Source: Acinetobacter phage Acba_15. From it: DNA of 60,424 bases. Of the stretch, positions 1-7,616 are shown piece after piece. How positions within the stretch are numbered: position 1 is the first letter of the stretch; each line of letters opens with the position of its first letter. The DNA lies in the sequence record OQ101257.1; one strand, written 5' to 3'. A program made the translations under genes and the position numbers. A model generated the notes under the pieces. It was given only the letters and a program-made list of their open reading frames with translations. It was not told the DNA's origin and searched no databases.

Positions 1-45
1 TAATTTATGATTAGGTTTAAATATGCTTTAATAGACAAAAGAAAA

Positions 46-70
46 CCCACCGTGGTGGTGGGTTCGAAGG
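46..70 (-). terminator. Intrinsic terminator immediately downstream of the restriction-modification gene. On the minus strand the hairpin cccaccaccacggtggg is followed by ttttctttt.
   Basis: Inverted repeat followed by a T-run on the minus strand, right after the stop codon at position 76. Confidence 0.45.
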
Positions 71-75
71 GGGGA

Positions 76-2358
76 TTAGTTGTAATTTTGAGGAAGTTCC
101 CATAATGCTTCTGTCTTTAGACGCAATTTTTTTTGATTTTCCTTGAGACTATTCTCAATTTCCTTTATTAGTTTATGTTGTTTTACTATTTGATCTTTAA
201 CCTCTTCAGGAGGATTCGGGATCTCAATATTCAAAAACATTTCATCAGGAATACTGCGTCGTCTCTCTACACTGCCTTGCATTTTACTTTTGTATATTTT
301 TCTTAGAGAATTAGATCTCAAAATCAAATCCAAATATTCTACATTAACTTCTCGTTTTAATCTAAAGATTTTGTATGCTGGGCTTACGGCAGCAGCATCG
401 TAATATTTTTGAAATCCTAGAACACCTTCATCTATAGGGAACCCCATTACAAGTTCATTTTTAAAAACCTTTTTATACCCAGAAATATCAGAACTTGCGA
501 CTCGTTTTTTAAATTTCTCATGCTGATCAATTAAGCCATGTTCCATAGTGATACTCATAATAGGTATATTTGTATCCTCTCCCACTTTGACTTTGCCAGA
601 CAAGGATAGGAGTTCTTTTAGTTTTATAGTTGGGAATTTTGATTTTATATGTGAATTACTATAGTGAGCATAATTATAAATATAATCATTGCTTCTGATT
701 AATTCTGGATTAACTTTTAAGAAACCTAATTCATTATAATATTTATCAAAGTCGCTCTTATTTAAATCAGCAAAATCTAAATTTTTTAAATCATTTTCGT
801 CAATTTTTCTACGGAAAGAATCTAAACTTAGGCCATCATTTGTCACATTGTAGTAAAAAACGTCAGAATTTGTTCTACCATTATGACAGTTGGTAAAGTA
901 GAGTATATTGGTTTTAACTTTTGCATATGGCAGAAAAACTTCTTTTGGAAGTGAAACTACTGCTTTTAGTTGGGCGTTTTCAAATAAATACTTCCTTACT
1001 GGAGCTAAAGCGGCTTTAAAAAGAAAGCCTTCAGGTACTACTAATGCCATTCGCCCTCCTTTTTTTGTTGCTTTAAAGCAATGTAGAACACATACTCCAT
1101 CACCATCGTTTTTAGCTAACTTATTCTCATATAAGTGAGAATAAGAAGTTTTTTGAGAAAATGGCATGTTGGTTATAACCACATCATATTCAGATTCAAT
1201 AGGGTTTTGAAGTGTGTCTATCTGGCAAATTCCACTATGCCCATCCCCATGCAGAATCATATTCATTTTTGCGAGTTTTGCATTTGAGGTAATTTCTCTT
1301 CCAAAAATAGTATTATGTTTAAGCTTGATTTCTTCACTACTATTGTTTGCAATTAAAGTGTTATCTTTTATATGATCAAATGCCTCTGTTAAAAAACCAC
1401 CTGTCCCACAAAAAGGGTCATAGATCTTTTCACCATATTTAGGGTTGACTAAGTTAACAATGGTTTTAGTTATGTGACGTGGAGTAAAATATTCTCCTAA
1501 GTCATTATTAGTTGCTGTAGCTTGCTGTAAGAAATACTCAAAAGCATCTCCTTTAATATCGGTATCTATTGATGAGAGTTTTAACTTATCCAACTCTTTG
1601 ATCATCTCTTTAACAGCAACAGGGTTGGTTAGCTGTAAATTTGTAAAAACAGAAGCACCATATTGTCTATCAATATCTTGTAGTATGTTATTAGTTGTAT
1701 TAATTAGCAAATCATTATCGAGACTTTTGAGAGAATTCCAAATACCTGTATTAGCATTCTCTGTATACAATTTTAAAAAAAGAATGTTTGCAAATTCTGA
1801 AAGCCTTTCTATACCAGCTCTTAAACCTTCACCTCTTAGTGAGTTATTTAACTTCTTGAAAACATTAATTAACTCTTTGCGAGAGACTAAAATTTCTTTA
1901 GGTGTAATATAAATACCATTTGTTTCCTGCAATATGAACTCTTTAGCTTCATTTACTCTTATTAATTCATTAACCTCATTTTCATCAATAAATAATGGTT
2001 TTTGGGTATACAAATGCCGTGTTTCGCAGAAACCATTATTCATTGCAAATATCAAAGGTGCATCAAGCATTTCAGCATATTCGGTTGCCTGATCCAGTGC
2101 TTTTGTTAAGCTTTTTCCACCTGATTTCGTTTCAATTACACCGATTGGCCGCTTATTTTGTGAATCGAAAAGAACATAATCGGGTCTTTTTTTACTTTTC
2201 TTGAGAAACTCATTATTAACAATTCTTAAGATATCTGATTCAAAAAAGACATTTTTGTTTGGATCTTGAATGTCCAAGATCCAGCCCTTGTTAATCAAAT
2301 TATTGTTAACAATAAAACGTGTATCTTGCTCAATATTAGACATATTGCATAATCCCAA
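76..2358 (-). CDS. Single-polypeptide (Type IIG-like) restriction-modification enzyme. It fuses an N-terminal PD-(D/E)xK nuclease, a gamma-class N6-adenine DNA methyltransferase and a C-terminal HsdS-like target-recognition domain.
   Basis: Uninterrupted 760-aa ORF. N-terminal PDYVLFD...IETK matches the PD-(D/E)xK nuclease motif. Central YFTPRHI ... DPFCGTGGFL matches methyltransferase motifs X and I, and TNMPFS is an NPPF-like motif IV. The C-terminal roughly 250 aa are HsdS-TRD-like. The gene is markedly more AT-rich than the surrounding phage genes. Confidence 0.65.
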   Translation of the reverse strand: MGLCNMSNIEQDTRFIVNNNLINKGWILDIQDPNKNVFFESDILRIVNNEFLKKSKKRPDYVLFDSQNKRPIGVIETKSGGKSLTKALDQATEYAEMLDAPLIFAMNNGFCETRHLYTQKPLFIDENEVNELIRVNEAKEFILQETNGIYITPKEILVSRKELINVFKKLNNSLRGEGLRAGIERLSEFANILFLKLYTENANTGIWNSLKSLDNDLLINTTNNILQDIDRQYGASVFTNLQLTNPVAVKEMIKELDKLKLSSIDTDIKGDAFEYFLQQATATNNDLGEYFTPRHITKTIVNLVNPKYGEKIYDPFCGTGGFLTEAFDHIKDNTLIANNSSEEIKLKHNTIFGREITSNAKLAKMNMILHGDGHSGICQIDTLQNPIESEYDVVITNMPFSQKTSYSHLYENKLAKNDGDGVCVLHCFKATKKGGRMALVVPEGFLFKAALAPVRKYLFENAQLKAVVSLPKEVFLPYAKVKTNILYFTNCHNGRTNSDVFYYNVTNDGLSLDSFRRKIDENDLKNLDFADLNKSDFDKYYNELGFLKVNPELIRSNDYIYNYAHYSNSHIKSKFPTIKLKELLSLSGKVKVGEDTNIPIMSITMEHGLIDQHEKFKKRVASSDISGYKKVFKNELVMGFPIDEGVLGFQKYYDAAAVSPAYKIFRLKREVNVEYLDLILRSNSLRKIYKSKMQGSVERRRSIPDEMFLNIEIPNPPEEVKDQIVKQHKLIKEIENSLKENQKKLRLKTEALWELPQNYN

Positions 2359-2363
2359 TATCT

Positions 2364-2692
2364 ACTATAAAAACTATTGGCAATCTACACATTACACACT
2401 AAAACATCAATAAATATTACTATCTAATAAGTGATATACCCCACATTTAAAAGACTGTACCGGGTTCACAGTTTATTAATCTTTTGTGTTATTAATTTTC
2501 TGGCCTAGCTTTCCTTCTTTTACCAACTGCACGACCTGCTCATTAGTAAGCACAGGAATAAAGACCTTATCGCCAATGTCTTTAGAAAGAATCTTTACCT
2601 CTTCAGCAGTCAGCACCAAAGCTTCACCATGTTTCGCAGCATCATTGATGCGAGCAATAATCTGGTTGATTGGTAGTTTTGAATTGTCCAAT
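2364..2692. repeat. Copy 1 of an about 325-bp direct repeat. Copy 2 is at 5560..5883 and is about 97% identical.
   Basis: Alignment by eye: ctataaaaactattggcaatctacacattacacactaaaacatcaataaat...gaattgtcca occurs at both places. Confidence 0.85.
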
Positions 2693-2697
2693 TCCAT
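2476..2697 (-). CDS. Small conserved protein of 73 aa, function unknown. It lies directly downstream of the cI-like repressor in the same orientation.
   Basis: ORF lying inside repeat copy 1. A near-identical paralog is at 5669..5884. No recognisable domain. Confidence 0.45.
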   Translation of the reverse strand: MELDNSKLPINQIIARINDAAKHGEALVLTAEEVKILSKDIGDKVFIPVLTNEQVVQLVKEGKLGQKINNTKD

Positions 2698-2706
2698 TCT
2701 CCTTTT

Positions 2707-3453
2707 TTAACCTGCACGCCAAAATTGGCGACCCATAACTTTAAAATTCAATCCATTTTGCTCCGTGACTTCACGATCTCTGTATTTAGGATTTAGGCTG
2801 TGCAGAATCAGTTTCCCGCCTTCTTCCTTGAAAATCTGCTTAATCATGCCTTCACCCTCAAAGTAAACAGCATAAATTTGACCATCAATAATGTCGGTTT
2901 GGGATATATCAATGCCAACCAAATCCCCATCCTCAATCTTGTCCGCCATACTGTCGCCTTTAGCCTTGATGATGCGCATGCAATCAGGATGAACATTTTT
3001 TTGTTTAAAAAAACTAGGTGGGAATGGCTGTTTTCCATTGATCACATCAAAGTGAAACTCTATAGATTCTCCTGTGCCACAAGAAAAACTTGCCTCTACC
3101 ACATCAATCCAGATAAATCCATCATCCCCACCATACTCAACTACTGACGGGCTTTGAATATCATTCACATCAAATGATGATTCATCTTTCTTGGATAGAC
3201 CGTGCTTATCCATAAATTCTTGCATGTTGAAGTTGGTTAAATTTTGTTTTTTCTTCCCGTTTAGAAGCCATCCGGCATCAACTTCTAAAAGTTCGGCCAA
3301 CTTATCCAAAGTCTCTTTGCCAATCTGTCCTTTTTTCCATTTAGAAGGCGCTTGAGGAGTCAGGCCAATCATTGTGGCAGCTTTAGACCATGATAATTTC
3401 TTTGCTTTCAGTGCTTCCTGAATGCGCTCAACCATTGTGCTCATAACTTTCAT
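2707..3453 (-). CDS. cI/LexA-like prophage repressor, with an XRE helix-turn-helix N-terminal domain and an S24 peptidase C-terminal domain.
   Basis: HTH segment MIGLTPQAPSKWKKGQ. C-terminal segment has AKGDSMADKIEDGDLV with the catalytic Ser, and a downstream Lys. Start chosen at MKVMSTMVER, which has an AAAGG Shine-Dalgarno-like sequence. Confidence 0.8.
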   Translation of the reverse strand: MKVMSTMVERIQEALKAKKLSWSKAATMIGLTPQAPSKWKKGQIGKETLDKLAELLEVDAGWLLNGKKKQNLTNFNMQEFMDKHGLSKKDESSFDVNDIQSPSVVEYGGDDGFIWIDVVEASFSCGTGESIEFHFDVINGKQPFPPSFFKQKNVHPDCMRIIKAKGDSMADKIEDGDLVGIDISQTDIIDGQIYAVYFEGEGMIKQIFKEEGGKLILHSLNPKYRDREVTEQNGLNFKVMGRQFWRAG

Positions 3454-3529
3454 CGCGTGAAACCTTTGGTTAAATTTTCGTATAAAAAATATAAAATTGT
3501 AAGCAACCATAGGTTGAAAATAATTTTAA

Positions 3530-3577
3530 CTCATGGTTTAATAAAAATATTAATTAGGTTTAAATAAGGTTTAAGAT
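3530..3577. promoter_or_regulatory. Divergent cI/cro promoter-operator region with repeated GGTTTAA motifs.
   Basis: Three copies of aGGTTTAA(a/g)(a/t)a lie in the 120-bp cI-cro intergenic region. The 14-mer ATTAGGTTTAAATA recurs at window positions 10..23. Confidence 0.35.
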
Positions 3578-3808
3578 ATGAATCCTATTCAACAAGCCAT
3601 TGATGCTGTTGGTGGGCGAACCAATGCAGCGTCATTACTTGGGATATCCTACGTTGCTGTAAGAAAGATGGCAGAGAAAGGTGTATTGCCACGTACTGAT
3701 TACACAGGTGAAACCAACTACGCACAGATTCTTGCTGAGCACAGTAACGGGAAAGTGACTCAAGAATGGCTACTCGATAAAGCAAATCCAAAACATTTAG
3801 CGGCATAA
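3578..3808 (+). CDS. Cro-like small helix-turn-helix DNA-binding protein.
   Basis: 76-aa ORF transcribed divergently from the repressor. Contains an HTH-like stretch ASLLGISYVAVRKM. Confidence 0.5.
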   Translation: MNPIQQAIDAVGGRTNAASLLGISYVAVRKMAEKGVLPRTDYTGETNYAQILAEHSNGKVTQEWLLDKANPKHLAA

Positions 3809-3818
3809 GGAAAGTTTT

Positions 3819-4085
3819 ATGAGCCTTGAAAAAAAATCTACGCATGTGCGTTTATCTCCCGAAATCCATGAACGAGCTAAAACACTCGCTTCTGTAAAAG
3901 AAAAAGACCTTGCCAGCTATTTGGCTTTCTTGCTTGAGAAAGAAATCGTAGGTGAGTGGCATGTCTTTAATTTACAAGCAAAAGCTTTTCAGCGCTTGGG
4001 ATTAGGCGCTTTAGTACGGGATATCTCTACTGAAATCAGCTTCGATGAGGAACCAGAAGGGATTAACGGGGATTTAGATAAATAA
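3819..4085 (+). CDS. Ribbon-helix-helix (Arc/CopG-like) protein in the position that cII occupies in lambda.
   Basis: N-terminal STHVRLSPEIHERAKTLA fits the beta-strand plus helix pattern of RHH proteins. A homolog is at 6982..7248. Confidence 0.4.
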   Translation: MSLEKKSTHVRLSPEIHERAKTLASVKEKDLASYLAFLLEKEIVGEWHVFNLQAKAFQRLGLGALVRDISTEISFDEEPEGINGDLDK

Positions 4086-4110
4086 AAAAGCCTGATGGAT
4101 GAGATCAGGC
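4083..4110 (-). terminator. Minus-strand intrinsic terminator overlapping the 3' end of the RHH gene. Candidate terminator of an OOP-like antisense RNA.
   Basis: Hairpin gcctgat...atcaggc. On the minus strand it is followed by a six-T run. The adjacent 55 nt are almost perfectly conserved at 7266..7322. Confidence 0.4.
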
Positions 4111-4180
4111 TTAGTGTTCAAACAAGGTGGATTAAATGAACTATTCAATATTAGCAGAAACAGTAGAGAAGGGGAACTAG

Positions 4181-4348
4181 ATGAGTAAAACCACTTTTAA
4201 ATTTATTCAGTGGTACGAATCTAAGTACCCTGAGTTTGTAAATCGATATGGAGCTTTAAAACGCTTATATGACTCTGATTTAGATAGTTTCTTCATTGAA
4301 GAAATTGATGAGCTGTATAAGGAATTTAAGCAAGGTGGTGTTGTATGA
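4181..4348 (+). CDS. Hypothetical small protein of 55 aa.
   Basis: ATG ORF MSKTTFKFIQWYESKYPEF...YGALKRLYDSDLDSFFIEEIDELYKEFKQ. A homologous ORF at 7443..7616 shares the YG.L.RLYD...FFIEEI..Y.EFK pattern. Confidence 0.35.
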   Translation: MSKTTFKFIQWYESKYPEFVNRYGALKRLYDSDLDSFFIEEIDELYKEFKQGGVV

Positions 4349-5238
4349 GCTTATACACCACAGGTCATCCGGTTGTAGACAAAATTGCCAGCCTCAATAT
4401 TGAAGGCAATGTCATTCCTGCTAATTGGTTTAATACTTTCAAATTGGAAAATGGGAAGCCTGATACAAATGCGGTCATTTTGCTTTCAGAAATTGTTTAT
4501 TGGCATCGTCCGACTATTGTCCGTGATGAAGATTCTGGGCATATCGTTTCGGTAAAGAAAAAATTCAAAGCTGATTTATTGCAACGCTCATATCAGAGTC
4601 TAGCAGATCAATTTGGGTTCTCAAGGAAGCAAGTTAAAGAAGCATTAGATCGTCTTGAAAAGTTCGGCGTGATCAAGCGTCATTTCCGCTCTGTAGATGT
4701 AAATGGTCAAAAACTTAGCAATGTTTTGTTCATTGAATTAGTTACCCATGTTCTCTTTGAAGCGACCACCCTCCTAACTTCTACGGTAGGACCCTCCTCA
4801 CTTGAAAGTCATGACCTCCCACCCTACAGGGAAGACCCTCCCCACCTGGAGGGTGACACATATACAGAGAATACTACAGAGATTACTACAGATAGTAAGT
4901 TAAGCACGGCTGAGCTTGAAAAAATCTTGAAAGGGAAGAAACCATGTGAAGCTCTTGTCGCTATCGGTTTAGATCTTGAGGTTGCTAAACGATTCAATGA
5001 ATACCGTAAGACCCTTAAAAAACCATTAACTCTTGATGCTGTGATCAAGCATTACCACGAAAGCTGCAATGCAGGGATTTCAACTAATGATGCAGCTCGT
5101 ATTGTTTTGAGTGAATCGTGGATTGGGTTTGCTAGTCGTTACAACTGGAAGCCAGCATTTGAAACTTTGAATGGTTCTGCACAACAACAAACACCAGCAG
5201 ATATGAAAAATGCTGATCTTAATTATGGAGATTGGTAA
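4345..5238 (+). CDS. Phage replication initiator, O-like replisome organiser, copy 1.
   Basis: 297 aa. Its position is directly upstream of a DnaB-type helicase. The C-terminal tail ...NYGDW is shared with the second initiator (...QYGDW). It contains internal iteron-like repeats. Confidence 0.55.
   Translation: MSLYTTGHPVVDKIASLNIEGNVIPANWFNTFKLENGKPDTNAVILLSEIVYWHRPTIVRDEDSGHIVSVKKKFKADLLQRSYQSLADQFGFSRKQVKEALDRLEKFGVIKRHFRSVDVNGQKLSNVLFIELVTHVLFEATTLLTSTVGPSSLESHDLPPYREDPPHLEGDTYTENTTEITTDSKLSTAELEKILKGKKPCEALVAIGLDLEVAKRFNEYRKTLKKPLTLDAVIKHYHESCNAGISTNDAARIVLSESWIGFASRYNWKPAFETLNGSAQQQTPADMKNADLNYGDW
4763..4858. repeat. Iteron-like direct repeats (GACCCTCC, four copies plus one inverted copy) inside initiator gene 1. 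Candidate replication origin.
   Basis: ccaccctcc, gaccctcct, gacctccca, gaccctccc and ggagggtga all fall within 95 bp. Confidence 0.4.
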
Positions 5239-5606
5239 TGAGTTCTGATATCCAAAATATTTCTATTGAGCAGAGTGTTCTTGTTGCACTCATGACAACA
5301 AGCAACTCACTTGAAGTAGTTGCAAACGATTTGACTGAGGAACATTTCTTCGCTGGACGACACAAAATCATTTATCGCGCCATTGTTGAGTTATCAAATG
5401 CTGATATGCCGTATGACGCAGTATTCGTTGGCAAGCATCTACAAGAAAGAAATCTGCTTAACGATATCGGCGGTGAAGAATATTTAATTCAACTTAATAG
5501 CGCTATTGGTAGTGTCCATCACCTTGAATACTTTGTCGCAGAATTAACTAAGTTAAACTATAAAAACTATTGGCAATCTACACATTACACACTAAAACAT
5601 CAATAA
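5232..5606 (+). pseudogene. Truncated DnaB-type helicase N-terminal fragment of 124 aa. It is cut at the boundary of repeat copy 2.
   Basis: Residues 1 to about 108 are roughly 85% identical to the N-terminus of the full helicase at 8356..9681. Homology ends at ...AELTKL and the frame runs into repeat sequence. Confidence 0.75.
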
Positions 5607-5883
5607 ATATTACTATCTAATAAGTGATATACCCCACATTTAAAAGACTGTGTCGGGTTCACAGTTTATTAATCTTTTGTGTTATTAATTTTCTGGCCTA
5701 GCTTTCCTTCTTTTACCAACTGCACGACCTGCTCATTAGTAAGCACAGGAATAAAGACTTTGTCGCCAATATCTTTAGAAAGAATCTTTACTTCTTCAGC
5801 GGTTAGCACCAAAGCTTCACCATGTTTCGCAGCATCATTGATGCGAGCAATAATCTGGTTGATTGGTCGTTTTGAATTGTCCA
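5560..5883. repeat. Copy 2 of the about 325-bp direct repeat.
   Basis: See 2364..2692. Confidence 0.85.
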
Positions 5884-5884
5884 T
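5669..5884 (-). CDS. Small conserved protein of 71 aa, paralog of 2476..2697.
   Basis: About 95% identical in amino-acid sequence to copy 1. It sits directly downstream of the second cI-like repressor. Confidence 0.45.
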   Translation of the reverse strand: MDNSKRPINQIIARINDAAKHGEALVLTAEEVKILSKDIGDKVFIPVLTNEQVVQLVKEGKLGQKINNTKD

Positions 5885-5898
5885 AAGTCTTCCTGTGA

Positions 5899-6681
5899 TT
5901 AATGCGAATAAGGATGTTCTTGTCTGTGCTGACTTGGTGGTACGATGTCAGTAATAGCTGTAATGCTTTCTACCTCATCCATTTCAAAGAAAAATCGCTC
6001 ACCACCATTCACAGAAAGCAAGCTTAAAACCCCGCCATTTATGCCAACAAATTCTTTAATTGTGCATCTTCCATCCTTCAAGCATACCTGAACAAACTCA
6101 TTCGGCACGAGTTCCGCATCTGGATCACAAACCACATACCATCCATTACGGATAGCTGGAAACATTGAGTCGCCAGTGCCTTTAATACCATAGGCTCTTG
6201 GTCCTGCTGAGTGAGTTGGAACATACCCATCTCCAGCATTTCCATCGTATCCCATATCTGTGAAATACCCATCCATACCCATCTTTGAATAAGCTTTGAC
6301 GGGAACGTATCTTTTTTGAATAGGGAATGGTTTATCTGATGTTTGAACAAACTTAACAGCATCTTCACTATCTGGAATGTTGTACTTCTGCTTAAAGGCT
6401 TCAATATCAAGAACATTTAATTGTGCACCACCACCATCCAGCTGTGTGGCAATCATTTTATTACCTTGTCCAGCTAGCCAATCTTTAGAAACTCCTAAAA
6501 ACTCAGCCGCTTTAACTAAATTTGACCCCTCCAACTCTTGGGTTGGGCCATTTACCCACAACCCAACATTAGCCCTGCTCACGCCTGCAAATCTAGCCAG
6601 CTCAGTATTTTTGAATCTTTTACCTGTCACAGATTCATAGTGCTTTATAGCTAAAGACATTCGCTCTTGAAGAGTACTCAT
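5899..6681 (-). CDS. Second cI/LexA-like repressor, with an XRE HTH and an S24 peptidase domain.
   Basis: HTH segment LARFAGVSRANVGLWVNG. C-terminal segment has IKGTGDSMFPAIRNG. Its sequence is divergent from repressor 1. Confidence 0.8.
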   Translation of the reverse strand: MSTLQERMSLAIKHYESVTGKRFKNTELARFAGVSRANVGLWVNGPTQELEGSNLVKAAEFLGVSKDWLAGQGNKMIATQLDGGGAQLNVLDIEAFKQKYNIPDSEDAVKFVQTSDKPFPIQKRYVPVKAYSKMGMDGYFTDMGYDGNAGDGYVPTHSAGPRAYGIKGTGDSMFPAIRNGWYVVCDPDAELVPNEFVQVCLKDGRCTIKEFVGINGGVLSLLSVNGGERFFFEMDEVESITAITDIVPPSQHRQEHPYSH

Positions 6682-6719
6682 AGTGTAAATCTCATGGCTA
6701 TTGCCATAAACAAAATGTA

Positions 6720-6790
6720 AAGGAATCTTAACTTTTCATTTGTAAAGCTTGCTAAACTTCTAACAGTAAAGTAGACTTGACAAAGTAAAG
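6720..6790. promoter_or_regulatory. Divergent promoter-operator region of immunity module 2, with repeated GTAAAG motifs.
   Basis: aatgtaaagga, ttgtaaagc, cagtaaagtagacttgacaaagtaaagttg. The motifs differ from the module 1 operator motifs. Confidence 0.35.
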
Positions 6791-6808
6791 TTGAAATTGG
6801 AATTAATT

Positions 6809-6985
6809 ATGCGAATTGAGATGAAAACATCTGATGTTTTGGCTCGGTTCAATGCGCCAAAAATCGCAAAACTTTTAAAAATTAGCCGTCAAGCAGTTTA
6901 CCAGTGGGGTGAATTTGTACCCGAAGCTGCTGCTTTTAAATTGCTTGAACAAGAACCAACACTACCAGTTAAGAGGGTTTCATGA
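6809..6985 (+). CDS. Cro-like small HTH protein of module 2.
   Basis: HTH-like segment IAKLLKISRQAVYQWGE. Start chosen at the first ATG, because the ORF-track start is a TTG. Confidence 0.5.
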   Translation: MRIEMKTSDVLARFNAPKIAKLLKISRQAVYQWGEFVPEAAAFKLLEQEPTLPVKRVS

Positions 6986-7248
6986 GCCTTGAAAAAAAAT
7001 CTACGCATGTGCGTTTATCTCCCGAAATCCATGAACGAGCAAAAATACTTGCTCATGTTAAAGAAAAGGATCTCGCGGCCTATCTAGGTTTTCTTATTGA
7101 AAAAGAGATAGTTGGCGAGTGGCATGTATTCAATATACAAGCAAAATCTTTCGCGCGTTTGGGAATGTCGGCTTTAGTACGGGAGTTAAGTACAGAAGTC
7201 AGCTTTTCAGAGGGATCGGAAGGGATTAACGGGAATTTAGACAAATAA
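6982..7248 (+). CDS. Ribbon-helix-helix protein, paralog of 3819..4085.
   Basis: About 75% identical in amino-acid sequence to 3819..4085. Confidence 0.4.
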   Translation: MSLEKKSTHVRLSPEIHERAKILAHVKEKDLAAYLGFLIEKEIVGEWHVFNIQAKSFARLGMSALVRELSTEVSFSEGSEGINGNLDK

Positions 7249-7273
7249 AAAGCCTGATCTCGTAAATCAGGCT
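7245..7273 (-). terminator. Minus-strand intrinsic terminator, module 2 copy of the OOP-like element.
   Basis: Hairpin agcctgat...atcaggct, followed on the minus strand by a T-run. Confidence 0.4.
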
Positions 7274-7288
7274 TAGTGTTCAAACAAG

Positions 7289-7480
7289 GTGGACCAAATG
7301 AACTATTCAATATTAGCAGACATTGAACTAAATCGGAAGATTAGTTTGTTTCAAAAAGCGGTTGAGGCTTATGCAATAGAACGCAGTTTAAAAAACTCGG
7401 TTGCTGTAGCTGAGGCTAAAAGTAACTTGGAGCGTCATTACTATGAATCCTACAGCTTTGCGGTTCATAAGGGAGTATGA
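7289..7480 (+). CDS. Hypothetical protein of 63 aa.
   Basis: ORF only. Confidence 0.3.
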   Translation: MDQMNYSILADIELNRKISLFQKAVEAYAIERSLKNSVAVAEAKSNLERHYYESYSFAVHKGV

Positions 7481-7616
7481 GCATGAAGTTTATGAAGGTG
7501 CGAAATATGCACGCCAGTATGGTGATCTTCAAAGGCTTTACGATGCTTCAAGTGATGAATTCTTCATTGAAGAAATCAACGATGCTTATGAAGAGTTTAA
7601 GAGGAGCTTGGTATGA
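7443..7616 (+). CDS. Hypothetical small protein of 57 aa, homolog of 4181..4348.
   Basis: MNPTALRFIREYEHEVYEGAKYARQYGDLQRLYDASSDEFFIEEINDAYEEFKRSLV. Its stop overlaps the initiator ATG. Confidence 0.3.
   Translation: MNPTALRFIREYEHEVYEGAKYARQYGDLQRLYDASSDEFFIEEINDAYEEFKRSLV

Noticed and set aside
6078-6416. 112-aa minus-strand ORF and 87-aa plus-strand ORF overlapping repressor 2.
   Set aside because: They are alternative frames within a well-supported cI-like gene.
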